This document shows, piece by piece, positions 52,561 through 64,000 of a stretch of DNA of 64,000 nucleotides. Below the pieces are notes generated by a model, which was not told where the DNA came from, did not search any database, and was given only the letters and a program-made list of their open reading frames with translations. A program made the position numbers and the translations under genes. This DNA comes from Epiperipatus broadwayi (Eukaryota; Animalia; Onychophora). The stretch covers positions 5,022,001-5,086,000 of the forward strand of contig JAQFVV010000003.1 of NCBI GenBank assembly GCA_028023455.1, given 5' to 3'. The first letter of the stretch is position 1; each line of letters opens with the position of its first letter.

Positions 52561-52889
52561 TATGTAGGTGTGGCAGTGGATATATAGGTGAATCTAGATG
52601 TACATTGGAAAAAAGAACTAAAGAACACTTGCTATTATTAAAACGAGTCCAGAAATCAAAACAAAATTGCATAGTGGATAATAATATTTCAGCATCTGTT
52701 TTTTACAACCATAATAAATCGTACATTTATGGTTTTGACTTCAATTTTAACAGTGTAAAAATATTGCAAATTGAAAAAAATAACAATAAAAGAAAAATAA
52801 AGGAAGCTATGCTAATATATAAATTTAAACATGACTTAATTAACAGGCAAGCAGCAAACATTAAGATCACGGAATTGTGGGAAAGTTAG
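52560..52889 (+). pseudogene. Penelope-type GIY-YIG endonuclease domain, inverted copy lacking the GIY half
   Basis: ICRCGSGYIGESRCTLEKRTKEH...KEAMLI...INRQ, open to the stop at 52889. Confidence 0.9.
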
Positions 52890-52901
52890 CATTTCAAGGC
52901 T

Positions 52902-52943
52902 TTAGTTGACACAGATTACTGAGATAATCGAAAGCGCTCCTAA
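52902..52943 (+). ncRNA. Minimal hammerhead-like motif, right arm
   Basis: TTAG-TTGACACA-GATTA-CTGAGA-TAATC-GAA-AGCGCT-C-CTAA: 4-bp stem I, 5-bp stem II, palindromic AGCGCT stem III, U3/A8 core; 13 nt after the GIY-YIG stop codon. Confidence 0.65.
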
Positions 52944-54727
52944 GTGGATAAAATTTTTAATTATTTATTTATTGTATTTACAAATATTCAGTTATATAAT
53001 TACACACATATATATAATGAGCCGATAATTTCGAGCGGCTCATGTTATATTCTTTATATATGTAAAAATCACATATATACGCATATATATTAGGCATAGA
53101 ATAATAAATAAATGCTGTGTATATAGAAAGTTTTTTTTGGGGGGTATTATTTATTAGTTTTTTTTTATATATATATAGTGGGTTTTTGGCATTATTTATT
53201 GTTTTATTTTTAATGGGATTTTAAAAGAACAGAAAAGAAAGAAAGAAAAAGGACAAAATGGTAGATTAGTTATTTGTTTAATTGGATTGAGATTACATCG
53301 AAAGTGATATTAAAGAAAAAAAAATTTTAAACAATTTCGTAATTAAATTTTCTGATTTGAAAAAGTGGGGAGAAAGAGAGAAAATAATTATAATTAATTA
53401 TATTGTCGTGGCTTCTAGTTAGTTGGTGTTAAAAAACTAAAAAAAAATTAAAGAAATGCAATCACTGGCTGAGAACGTGATCAGATAAAAGGACAATGGA
53501 AAAAGGACTATAAATAAGAGAGAAACCTATTGTTTAATGAATTATTAATTTTTTTTAATAACAGAAGAGAACTTTTTGAGAGTGAAAATAAAATGTTAAA
53601 AGGCTAAACAACTAAAATCCGTCCCCAGCCGGGACACTAGCCGATTCCTGGATTTCATCATCGAGAAACCACCGAAGAGAAAGTGAAGCTAGCGAGCGGA
53701 CAAAATTTGTTACAGTGAATCAACTCCCAAAGGATCCCAAGGAACGTGTACGGACACTGATCGATCAGGTTAATATAAACTTTGCTTTTTGCTTGAACTA
53801 TTGATTGCTAAATTTAAAAACACCTCTAATTGGGATTATATTTAATCAGCCACGAACTATAAGTTGCGACAATAGAAAGTTTTTTTTTATATGCATATAT
53901 TTATAATGCTTATGTTTACTTTGTCCAATTAATTTTATTTAAAATTCGTAATTTAAAGAGGGTCTTCAACTAGCTTTAGATAAAATTCAAGACTATAGGG
54001 GAGACTAAAAATAGAAATGATTTAAGAAAGCAAATGAAAAGTTTAAGGGTGGAGTAAATATTGAAAGAGATGGTAGGGGTTCAGAGTAATTACTGTCTCC
54101 TAATAGTAAGCCGCTTAGCCTCTGTACTGGTCAAGATTTGTACCAGTCTGGGACACTTATATATATAAGTAAAAGCGCATGTTCCTTCGAGAACGAAAAA
54201 TATGTTGCTCTTCACCTGTGTTTTTTTTTTATTTATAAAAAAAGAAAAGAAAAAGAACGATAATGTTAGTTGGGTTAAGTTTATACAAAAGAAAGAGGTA
54301 GAGGGGGTAATTATAAATGATTTGTTTCTATCAATAGTCTTGAATAAAAGAAAGGTATAAAAAAATAAATTTTATAATAAAACCTTTTATTATTTGAAGC
54401 ATATGTAAGTGTTCGCGTTTATTCCTTTAGCGTGTGTAGGTGATAATAATACATATGACCATAGCGTATACACGTATATATAAAAAGGGATTGAAAAGGA
54501 GGTTAGATGAATCTGTCATACATATAAAAATTAACAGCCACGATAAAAGATTCTTCTAATTTCGTGGCTCTAGGTTCATCCCTAGTGGCGCCCTCGTATG
54601 ATACGATTCCAGCTGTAATTAAAATTTTTGATTCTTAGCCTACAAACTTTTAGATACGAAAAGTAATGGCACAATATATATATAATATCAAACGAAATAA
54701 ATATAATAAAATATTCTAGAATATTTT

Positions 54728-54870
54728 GATTATATATATGTATGTATATAATGCAAATAAAATGTCCGTTAACTATAAATACTATTGTAATAATAATGAT
54801 TATATATATATGTATGTATATAATGCAAATAAAATGTTCGTTAACTATAAATACTATTGTAAAAATAATA
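54728..54870. repeat. Two-copy 72-bp tandem duplication
   Basis: ATGCAAATAAAATGT(C/T)CGTTAACTATAAATACTATTGTAA at 54751 and 54823. Confidence 0.9.
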
Positions 54871-55085
54871 AATATAACGGTAATTAACCATTATATACAG
54901 TCTTTCAAAGTACTTTCAGTTAATTCGGCAGTTGAGGAGGATAAAAGAATTAGCCAAAAGTGCTTGGAAATACTGTATATAATAGTTAATTTACATTATA
55001 CTGTATTTATTATTTTTTTGTTATATATATGTATATAATAAAAAAGAATATTAATGCTGAAAAATTATAAATAAATATTATTTAC

Positions 55086-55238
55086 CATATTTAGTGAGTG
55101 CTTCAGTAAGACTAAGAAAGCTTATAGATACAGCAAGGTTACAAAACCAGTTAACTGATGCAGAAACAGCATTACCAGTACTTCTTGCCCAATGAGGATA
55201 AATTTCAGAATTGACAGTCCAAGGCATAGGGCCCATTC
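55086..55238 (-). CDS. SLC2A13: Proton myo-inositol cotransporter (HMIT)-like, penultimate coding exon
   Basis: Acceptor ttttaaag at 55239 and donor G|gtaaat at 55085; phase 1-1, 153 bp. Reads (G)[50 protein letters not shown](G) and splices in frame to 46008. Confidence 0.95.
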
Positions 55239-55470
55239 CTTTAAAATGTCAAAAAAAAAAAGATTGAAACTTTGGTTAAAAAGAATAGCAATTGAAAAAA
55301 AAAAATGGAAATACATTTTAATCACCATTTTTGAATACATATGATATTCAGGTTCAAATCTAGGCACTAGCAAAGCAATCGATTGCTTGGTGCAATATAA
55401 TTTGAAGAATGCCATATTAAGTTACAATTGATTGCTAATGTATATGTAAAATCAGATAAACTAAATAAAC

Positions 55471-55619
55471 AAAAACTCTGGAATAAGCTTTACAATATAT
55501 ATATATAATGGCGACAATCAGCTTATAGCATGTATGCCATTCTGAATAAGCATGTTATAACTTTTATTTATTTATTATATTGGTATAGTGAATATTGTAG
55601 AGTTTATTCCAAAGTTTTT
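55471..55619. repeat. Imperfect 28-bp inverted repeat with ~93-bp spacer
   Basis: AAAAACTCTGGAATAAGCTTTACAATAT vs ATATTGTAGAGTTTATTCCAAAGTTTTT (about 25/28 complementary). Confidence 0.7.
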
Positions 55620-58600
55620 TTGATTATATATATATTGTGACCTAATATTTATCATTGTAATTAATTAATATAGCCGAAGAATGTAAAAAAATTATTGGCT
55701 CTCTTTTCTAGTTAAAGTAAATCCATCTCTATTACTGGTCAAATTGCCAGGTAATATGATTAAAAATGGAATTTCAAAGTTTCTCCTAGTACTTACTACC
55801 TAAGAGAAAAAAAATTGTAGAAAGTATATAAAAATTTCTTTTGAGCAGATTTTATTGATCATTATTGCATATCTAAAATATGTGTCTGTGTTATTTTTTT
55901 TTTGAAAAGCACAGTTGAATTTTTTTTTATGTACAAACAGAAAACACATAAAATTGTTATTGTAGAAAAATATACAAAATAGGATACACTAAATCAAACA
56001 TAATAAAACATAATATTTGAAACTGTTCTACAATAATTATGTTACAATAATTATATAATTGAGATTACAATTAGCTAAAATAGTAAAGCTAACATTCCTT
56101 TCAAACGTGTGCATGCATGCAATTTATGTATATTTGAAACTTAATCAATTAAAAACTTTATATGTGTAAAACTATTAATTTATTTTATTTATTATTGCAA
56201 TTTAGTTAAAAGGTTCTTGTTAAATGAATTTATTAAATAAAATATCTGAGAACTTTAAAGAGACGTAAATTATTTTCATTTTAAGCAATCTCTCAAATTT
56301 AAACATTTAGAAGAAAACAAGATTTTATTATTGGTTGCTCGTCAGTACTACCATAGCAACAGGACAGATTTTTCCTGTAAAAATTTAAAGAAATAACTTG
56401 GATAATTTTGATTAATTAAGATACCAATTGACCATAAGTTATAAATATGACATCTTGTCAAAATTCAAACAGTCTTTATTAAACTGTACAGGACTTGGTT
56501 GAATTAAATTTTAAAATAACCATTTTGATGATCTTCTTTATAATAGCAGAGAAGACAATTTTACTCTGCACATTTTCCCTGCGAAACAAATGGTATCTCC
56601 TCCTCAAACAAAATGGATAAACTACAACGAGAATTATCACCAAATATTATTTTAAAGAAAATCCAATTTACTGTCTTGAAATATTAATGGAATTTTGGAA
56701 AATTTGCTTATGATATACTCGTAACATCAATTAAATTATTTGCCTTTTTTTAAAAAAAGAAATAACTTGCTTGGAATCTATATTAATTGCCTTCCCATGG
56801 ATTAATGAAAGTTAAAACTTTATACAATATAAATTTAAATCAATGTATACATTCATAGCTTTGAAGAAACTGTTTAAGTCTTAATGAAAATCAATGGAGT
56901 TAACTCAATTTATGGATTATAAGTCATTTGTAAGGTCTTGTAAATTATTAAAATGGCCTAAACTATAGGAAAATAAATTACTATGTTTAAACCAAAGAAT
57001 TAATAATCTACTGTTTTTAAACTATGTGATAAACAACCACAGGACAATTAGTCTACAAATTCTTTCTAAAATATTAAATAGCTTGCTATGCATAAAATTA
57101 CAATTTAATGTGTCCTATAATAATGGATTTATGATTATGAATGCCATAGTATGAAAATATGATAAATGTCATAAATTGATAAGTAGACATTCTTAAATGG
57201 ATAATCCAGAGTAAGATTACTAAATGTGCATTATTAAATCTCTTAAAATCATTATATTAAGTGTTACTATAGATTTAAACCTGTGAAATGGATTACAGTG
57301 CTTCTGATTTAATGTTTGTATTAAGTTATTGACAGTAAATTAGAAGTGTTGGAATACTCTGCAAAAGTGTAAATACTTCCACGGAAATTTTAAGCCATTC
57401 ATGAAAGTAGTATTGCGTATTTGAAGAATTACTCAATAAACTTTGTTTATAATTGTTGAATTATTTAGCTTATAGTTATTATTAGTATAATAAATAAATA
57501 AATAATAAAGTTTTCAAGATAATGCTGACATAAGAAGATACAGATAACAATCTTATATTGTTATTAATGACATTGGTATGAGTATAATATCTGTGATTTA
57601 CATTTTGTAGTAGGGACAGGTTGCATTTAGTTTATAAACTCATGTAAATATGTTTATATTTAACTTTATGTTTTATTGGTTCTTGAATTAGGTCTCAGAT
57701 TAATAGGTAGCTAAATATCCTGCGTAGATGACTGAATCATCATGGAATATTTATGTGTATAGTGACTATGATAGTTGTATAATTTGATAAATGCTATACT
57801 ATGCAATAAAGCTTTCTTATAATATTAATAACATAAATCATATTTGTTAGTCAAGACATATTCCTAATTAATTATTTAAACTTTAAATATAATATAAAAA
57901 GCATAGCCAGTCATTATAGTAAAAGATATGAATGTTATAATTAATGACGCTATGTATTTTGTATAGCATTGTTAGGAGTACTAAGTAAATAATTTTTCTT
58001 GCTCCAAAAGAGTTATTAAAAAAACTAACCCACTCTTGTAGAATGAGGTTATTAATCTATTAATTATTATTATAAAGATAATTAAGGACATTATAAAATA
58101 TTTTATCCTCCAGTAAGTAAGGTTAGATTTGTCTTAATATTGATCAACCCTCTTCAATAGAGTGTCTTGTCTTTACAATACTTTAGAATGACACACATAA
58201 TCACAACCCATTCACTTATTTATGAAGAATAAACAATAATATTTATTAATATTGTTACAAGGAGAAAATAAATTAATATTGTAGACAATATGTAATACAT
58301 AAGAAATTTCCACACGAGTATGTACATAATAATTATGGCAACAAAATTAAGTATGAATACAATATTTATTAACTGCTAAACCAGGCTTTGTCTTAAGAGC
58401 AATAAGAGGAAACAAAAAGTTAAAGAAGCTTGGTATATTATAAATTCTGTAACTTCAATTAATATAAAGGCCAATAGCATTTTTCTTAATAAATACTGGT
58501 CCTTTAATTCGATTGCATGATTTATACATGCACTTATATTTTACACATGCAAATATTCAAAGTTATTAAAATCTATGGCCACTTTAACTCATCTTTATAT

Positions 58601-60974
58601 ACAGCTGAGAATGCCAACAGTTTCTTGCTAATCTCCTATGTCAGTTATGCTTTGACAAAGATACTCGTATTGAAAGCCTGCTTTTGCAGTTAATAAATAT
58701 TCTATTCATACTGAATTTTGTTGCGTAATTATTATCTATATACTCATGTGGAAATTACTTATTTATTAATATTGTTATAAAATTTCGTTATTAAAGTGTG
58801 CTTATTATTCACTTATAATTTTGTTATTTTGTTTATATACTTGTTATTTATAATAAAGCAATTGTTATATTTAAATACACCTGTTTGTCATTATTGACAA
58901 CATCCTTTAAATATTGTTGAAATAAAAGGTCATATTTCCAAGCTAATAAATTACATATTCATTTATTAAATTTATCTACAACATTTATTATTACTATTGC
59001 TATCTGAAATATAAATTAGTATGGTAGTGTGACAAGATAAAATCCCTTTTACATTCATCATATCTAGAATAATTTAATAAACTTTAAATCTATACGCATT
59101 TTAATTGAATGATTAAGATTGATTTAGTTAAGAATTCTGAAATAATTAATTAAATGAACATTATATATTTAATTTACGAAGGAGAAAGAGTTAACTTTAG
59201 TTAAAGGACATAATAATTTCGTAACAGAGTATATGTATTTAAGAATATAGTAAGATTATTATCATACTATAAGCGTACCTTGATAAATTTATTGTTCTTA
59301 TGTTAAATGTATTTAAATTCTGGAATACTTATTATTATTTATTTTATGTGGCAAATAAATAAGTGTTCATTTATAATTTATTTTCATAAGGGCACAATCA
59401 ATCTCAAACGCATTCCACATAAAATGCACTCATCTCAACCGGTTGTTTTTGCTCCTATCTGATTGCAACCTAAACTTTATTCTAATAAATTGAAAGAAAA
59501 ATGTTAAAGATTTAACAAAATTTCAATAGTTATGCTTATTTTGGAGTTTTGATTTGGAACATAGAACAAAAAGTTTTACAAGGTAAATTTATCAGAATTC
59601 GAAATATCAATTAGTATTTTTTAAACTTATCAGAAAAATATACACAAACTAATAGTTAATTATAAGTGATAAATAGTGACAGTATAACAGTTTACTTGGA
59701 TGACAAAAGCTCTTGATGTAGCTTTGATATAATTGTTTAAGATGGTATTACAAATATGACATGAACATTGTAATAAGAAGTGAAGTAAAACACAAATAGA
59801 ATAATTATTACACTTTATTTATTATAATAATATATAAAAATATATTGTAAATGTATATCCAATTGATATTTAAATAATTATTGTTATGATTTAATATTTT
59901 CTAACAGGGTATCCTGCTTTAAAGATATGTAAAACGCATAATTTTAGAATGATTGTTAAATTATTACCTATGATATCTTTTAATATGGAAAGGCTCTGGA
60001 ATTAAAAATATTGAATTATCAGATTACAAACAATATAAAAATTCATAATTGGAGATGACATCTTTTCCAGTTTATTTGCCTATAAGTATATGTGCATTAA
60101 TTTATTAATTATATGTATATCTATATGAATATATAGTTCAGATTATTTCATATATACATTTTTTCCATTTCTCCAAAATTCTTGGATGATCTCCTTTACC
60201 CAAAAAATTGCCAGCAAAATTCAGTTGTAACATTGATATAATATTAATATTAAGAACCTTCAAATGTAGACAGACATGAATTCTAAATTTATGTTCATAT
60301 CTATTACCTATAAAAATCCTCATTTTAATATATATACAAATGATTAGTAAATGAAAATCAAATTATTTTTAGTCAGAAAGTGAAACAAGAATAGAAAACT
60401 TTTAAAACTCTTACTACTCGTGAATTGTTAATCTTGGTGAAAATTTTATTTTATAATAGGCTATTTAAAGATTGTTTTATATTTTATTTTTTAAAATTAA
60501 GTATTTAAGTCTTATTAGTTTTGAAATTGTAATTACATAATTTTGCTTAATATATTATTCTGACTTCAGATTTGTTGACTATATTATGAATGATAAGATT
60601 GCTATTTATAACAATTAATCACATAATTACCAATTTAAAACAGTGTGATCATAAGCTTGAGTAATCAGTGATTTCTAGATATATGTAAAATCCCTGTCTT
60701 TAATATTTAAATTCCTATATTCATATTTATTTTTAGCTTTTGATGTTATCAATAAAAGCCGGAATTCAACGTTGAAATATTAGGATTTAGATTTAAATAG
60801 TAAAGATAGGAATTTTATCTGTACCTGATAATCACTGATTTTTCAAACTTACATTAAATTGCAATAGATGGAGAGCTGTTTTTGTAATAAAATTATATTT
60901 ATAAAAATCATCTTTAATATCAAATATATAGGCTATATATATATACCTGTACAAACAATGTAATATATAGGGTA

Positions 60975-61574
60975 ATTTGGGCTCAGATTTTCACATAACC
61001 CTCAACTCTCCACACTATCTCATACACTGGTACACTTGACCACATATATGTCTAAAAAATAAATAATCACCAATATAAGTATTTTTTGCTAAACTAGCAC
61101 TTGTCAGTTGGTCCAGATTATCATCTCTACTCATATATACTATAAATGCTCAGATTTATATTAAGATAGCAATCCAAGCTATGTAGGCTCTTGTAACCCT
61201 TTAAGATAAATAAAGTTTATCATTGAGAAAAAAAGATAGCCAATCTTCATACTTTAATGGACAGGCTTCAATCCACTCTACCCCCCAACTCTTTAGCCAT
61301 CTATTCTATTGAATGGAACACTCAAAGCCCACACTGATGCCAATATTCATGTCACACCCAGGTTGACCATAAGTCACCCTGACCCCTCATGTACAGGACA
61401 TAATATATTTAAGTACATATAAGAGGGCTAGGCAGACATTCAAGCTACTATTTAATATTTAACATACAGGTTATATATTTATCTTTTAGACATACAGTAT
61501 ATGTGGTCAAGTATACCATGTGGTATGAGATACTGTGGAGAGTTGAGGGTCATGTAAAAGTCTGAGCTCAAAAT
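60975..61574. mobile_element. Fold-back/MITE-like element with ~95-bp imperfect terminal inverted repeats
   Basis: TTTGGGCTCAGATTTTCACATAACCCTCAACTCTCCACACTATCTCATAC... is matched by the reverse complement at ~61477-61574; no clear TSD. Confidence 0.75.
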
Positions 61575-62597
61575 AAAAATCATCTTTGTAAGTGATATTA
61601 AAATTGATCACAGATTGCATTTATAAAATTATGATTTTATTTATAAATCAATGGAAAATCACTAAAACTGAGCAAAAAGTTTATAATTAAAAAATGAAAT
61701 ATTGTTGATTTAATTTAAAAAACAAGTTTATAAAAGATAATAAAGATATTACAATAAATTGCATTAAGATATATGACCAGTAATATTAAATTACTTCTGA
61801 TGACTATCAAGTATTATTGTTTGGTCATAATATTGTTTAGCATCTAAAACTATTTTGGTATATATATAAAATAAAGAAACCAGTCAAAGCTTAGACAAAC
61901 CCAATATAGATAACAATCAAAAATTTAAAACTGTTGTCAAGGCAACCTCTTATTAGCAATATATATATATATATCACATCAATTATTCAAAATTAATCTG
62001 GAAATTTAAAAAAACAAACATTAATGCAAGAGAAATATGAAAAATTTAGGAGAAAGATGAAAAAGCTAAAGTTTTGAATTAATGATTGAGAAAATGAAAA
62101 GAAAAGAAAAATGCATTTCAACAGTTTTTGTAAGTTATATTCAAATTTATATATAATAAGAGTTTATTTTTTTACTTATTGAAATGTAAAATAGATTTTT
62201 TTAAAATTTACTTGCATGTTAGAATAGTTTGGTTATCAATATTTTTAATCTATTACTATAAAAGAAAATAGTTATGAAAATATTTTTTCCTCCAAGTATT
62301 GAGCTAAACTTTACAATAATGTAATTTAATTTATACATATGACATCTTTTATTAACTCTACGATTCTCAGTATAAGGATTAAGTCTTTTGGATTTTTTTC
62401 TGATATATATATATACTGATTTTCATTTCACCCATTCATTAGCCAAGCTTTTACAGCAGGCAGTTTGCAATTGAGACCATTAAAAAAGTTATTGACTTGG
62501 ATTCAGAACTATACAATAATTCAGATTGATTTTACAAACTTAAAATAAAAATTTCAAATCATTAATTTGAATTTATACAGGAAAAAAATCTTCAATT

Positions 62598-64000
62598 ATA
62601 CTGGGCAACAATTTTTTTCTCCATTTTCTTTTGCATGAGGTTTTAGAACTTTTTCTATATATTTCTGCATGACTGATTCCAAATCTGAAATCTGTTTTTT
62701 GGTGCATGCTCTAGTTTTTATGCAATTTTAATTTCTTTTTATTACAGCTAATGGCATGCATTGGTTTTCAAATTGGAGTTAAAGGGCAATGACTCTTGGA
62801 TTTAACATAACCACAAGGCAATTAATGCTTTACATACATCACTTTTACATAATTGTAGTTGTTTTTAAATGTAACAAAAATTATCTGTTAAAAACACCCT
62901 CTTATTTTGTTTTTAGATTGAATCATGGCTTCAAGTAGCTTCTTTTACATATGTGGCTGTTACACACTTCAATGTCAAAGGCACAGTATTTTATCATTTG
63001 TGACACATGCATATATTAACTATTTTCAAGTTCCCCTTGGCAATCAAGTCAAGAATTGGGATCCTCATATTGTGCATCATAATTGTGAGGAAATGCTTCA
63101 TGACTAGATAAAAGGAAAATGCAAAGGAATGCCTTTTGGTATTCTCGTGGTTTGGCATGAACATAAGGATCACAGCAGTGACTGTTATTTCTTTCTGATC
63201 CATACAAAGGGCATTAGTAAGAAAAATGGCATATGATTACATATCCTAATATAATATTTCTTCAGCAATACAACCTATCCCACACTCTGAGACACTTCCA
63301 GTTTTCAATGGTTTTATTTCTTCTAATAAACAAAGAAAGAGAATATGGTGATCAAGTGTATTTTGATAAGATGCATGAGGAAATGATTGTAGAATCTGAA
63401 GGATATTCTTCGGATGCCAAGTAGTCATTAATCCCTTAGCAGTTTAATCAACCCAAATTGAATGACTTAGTAAGAGATTTGGGCCTATCAAAGAAAGCAG
63501 CTGAGTTATTAGCCTCTGGGCTTCAAGAAAAGAATATACTCCACTGGTCATCTAAAGTATCTCATTTCAGGAAGCATGAATAAATTTTTGGAGCTGTAGT
63601 CATGAGCAGGAAGAATTCTTTCATCAAGATCTGAAGATGATGGAAGAGCATTATTAGGGGTGATGGGACAGAAATATGATGGTAGACTACTGTTGGAGCA
63701 TCAAATGAGATTGTCCTCAACAAGTACACAAATGCAAATTTTTGCCTGAATAGAATTTAAATAAGTTTTGCACAAATTTTATGATTAAAATAAGTGTTTT
63801 AATGTGTCCTGTTTTGACATTGTAGACAAATTTTTATGCAATCATATCTTTTAGTGTATTAGTGCATTTACTGCATTATATAAATTATTATATTTTCACA
63901 AAGATGATACCCCAGAAGACATTCTACTTCATTATGTTAAACTAACTGTTGAAAATTTTACAATAAGATGAAAACCTTAAATCTTGAATTGTAAAAAAAC
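62598..64000 (+). mobile_element. Decayed CMC/Chapaev3-like DNA transposon (5' part)
   Basis: FYICGCYTLQCQRHSILSFVTHAYINYFQVPLGNQVKNWDPH; a WHEHKD..SDCYF remnant; ITYPN; and LNDLVRDLGLSKKAAELLASGLQEKNIL (63460-63540), recalled as conserved in Chapaev3-type transposases. The start resembles CACTGGGCAACAATT. The 3' TIR is not in the window. Confidence 0.7.

Larger units (their letters stand above)
52085..53004. mobile_element. Penelope-like GIY-YIG/pLTR palindrome (445-bp arms, 30-bp spacer)
   Basis: Arms 52085-52529 and 52560-53004 are near-perfect reverse complements (a few substitutions); spacer 52530-52559. Confidence 0.95.

Noticed and set aside
52461-52628. Shared N-terminal MFFSSFFQCTS... 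of the two 142-aa ORFs
   Set aside because: It is the antisense read-through of the opposite palindrome arm, not a real start; only the GIY-YIG portion is homologous to protein.
58370-58440. Candidate next upstream SLC2A13 exon ending CCT G|gt
   Set aside because: The translation (FLFPLIALKTKPG) does not resemble the expected CPT.YSW...LYL.FFAPG and the donor is weak; the upstream exon appears to lie beyond the window.
60138-60323. ORF with QLNFAGNF, loosely similar to QLNSAGNF in ORF 34294-34479
   Set aside because: The similarity is a few residues in AT-rich sequence; no domain is recognisable.
10600-64000. The many remaining 60-100 aa F/I/L/K/N-rich ORFs in the track (e.g. 12164, 14238, 16249, 38192, 40679, 42825, 54742, 55122)
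   Set aside because: Their composition reflects AT-rich non-coding DNA, or they are off-frame reads of real exons or TEs; no motifs support them.

Overview
Very AT-rich, intron-rich eukaryotic DNA, most likely an invertebrate animal (inference from gene structure and repeat content); no prokaryotic features, rRNA, tRNA genes or CRISPR. The only host gene I can identify is the 3' part of a minus-strand SLC2A13/HMIT-like proton myo-inositol transporter (last two coding exons at 55086-55238 and 45794-46008). The remainder is dominated by transposable elements. These include a full-length, TSD-flanked but frameshifted L1/Tx1-clade LINE (20558-26862) and three decayed RTE-type LINEs. There are also Penelope-like RT/GIY-YIG fragments arranged as fold-back inverted repeats (4775-7632, 52085-53004) and a TSD-flanked inverted cluster of ~418-bp hammerhead-bearing, retrozyme-like units (49539-50958). 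A small non-coding LTR element has LTRs carrying a variable 14-bp satellite (27178-29191). hAT and Tc1/mariner MITEs, Tigger-like and Chapaev3-like transposase remnants, and a diverged 2.2-kb duplication 15.9 kb apart complete the picture. All alignments, identities and the boundaries of decayed elements were judged by eye and are approximate. The most notable signal is the concentration of fold-back, minimal-hammerhead-carrying elements inside the last intron of the transporter gene.
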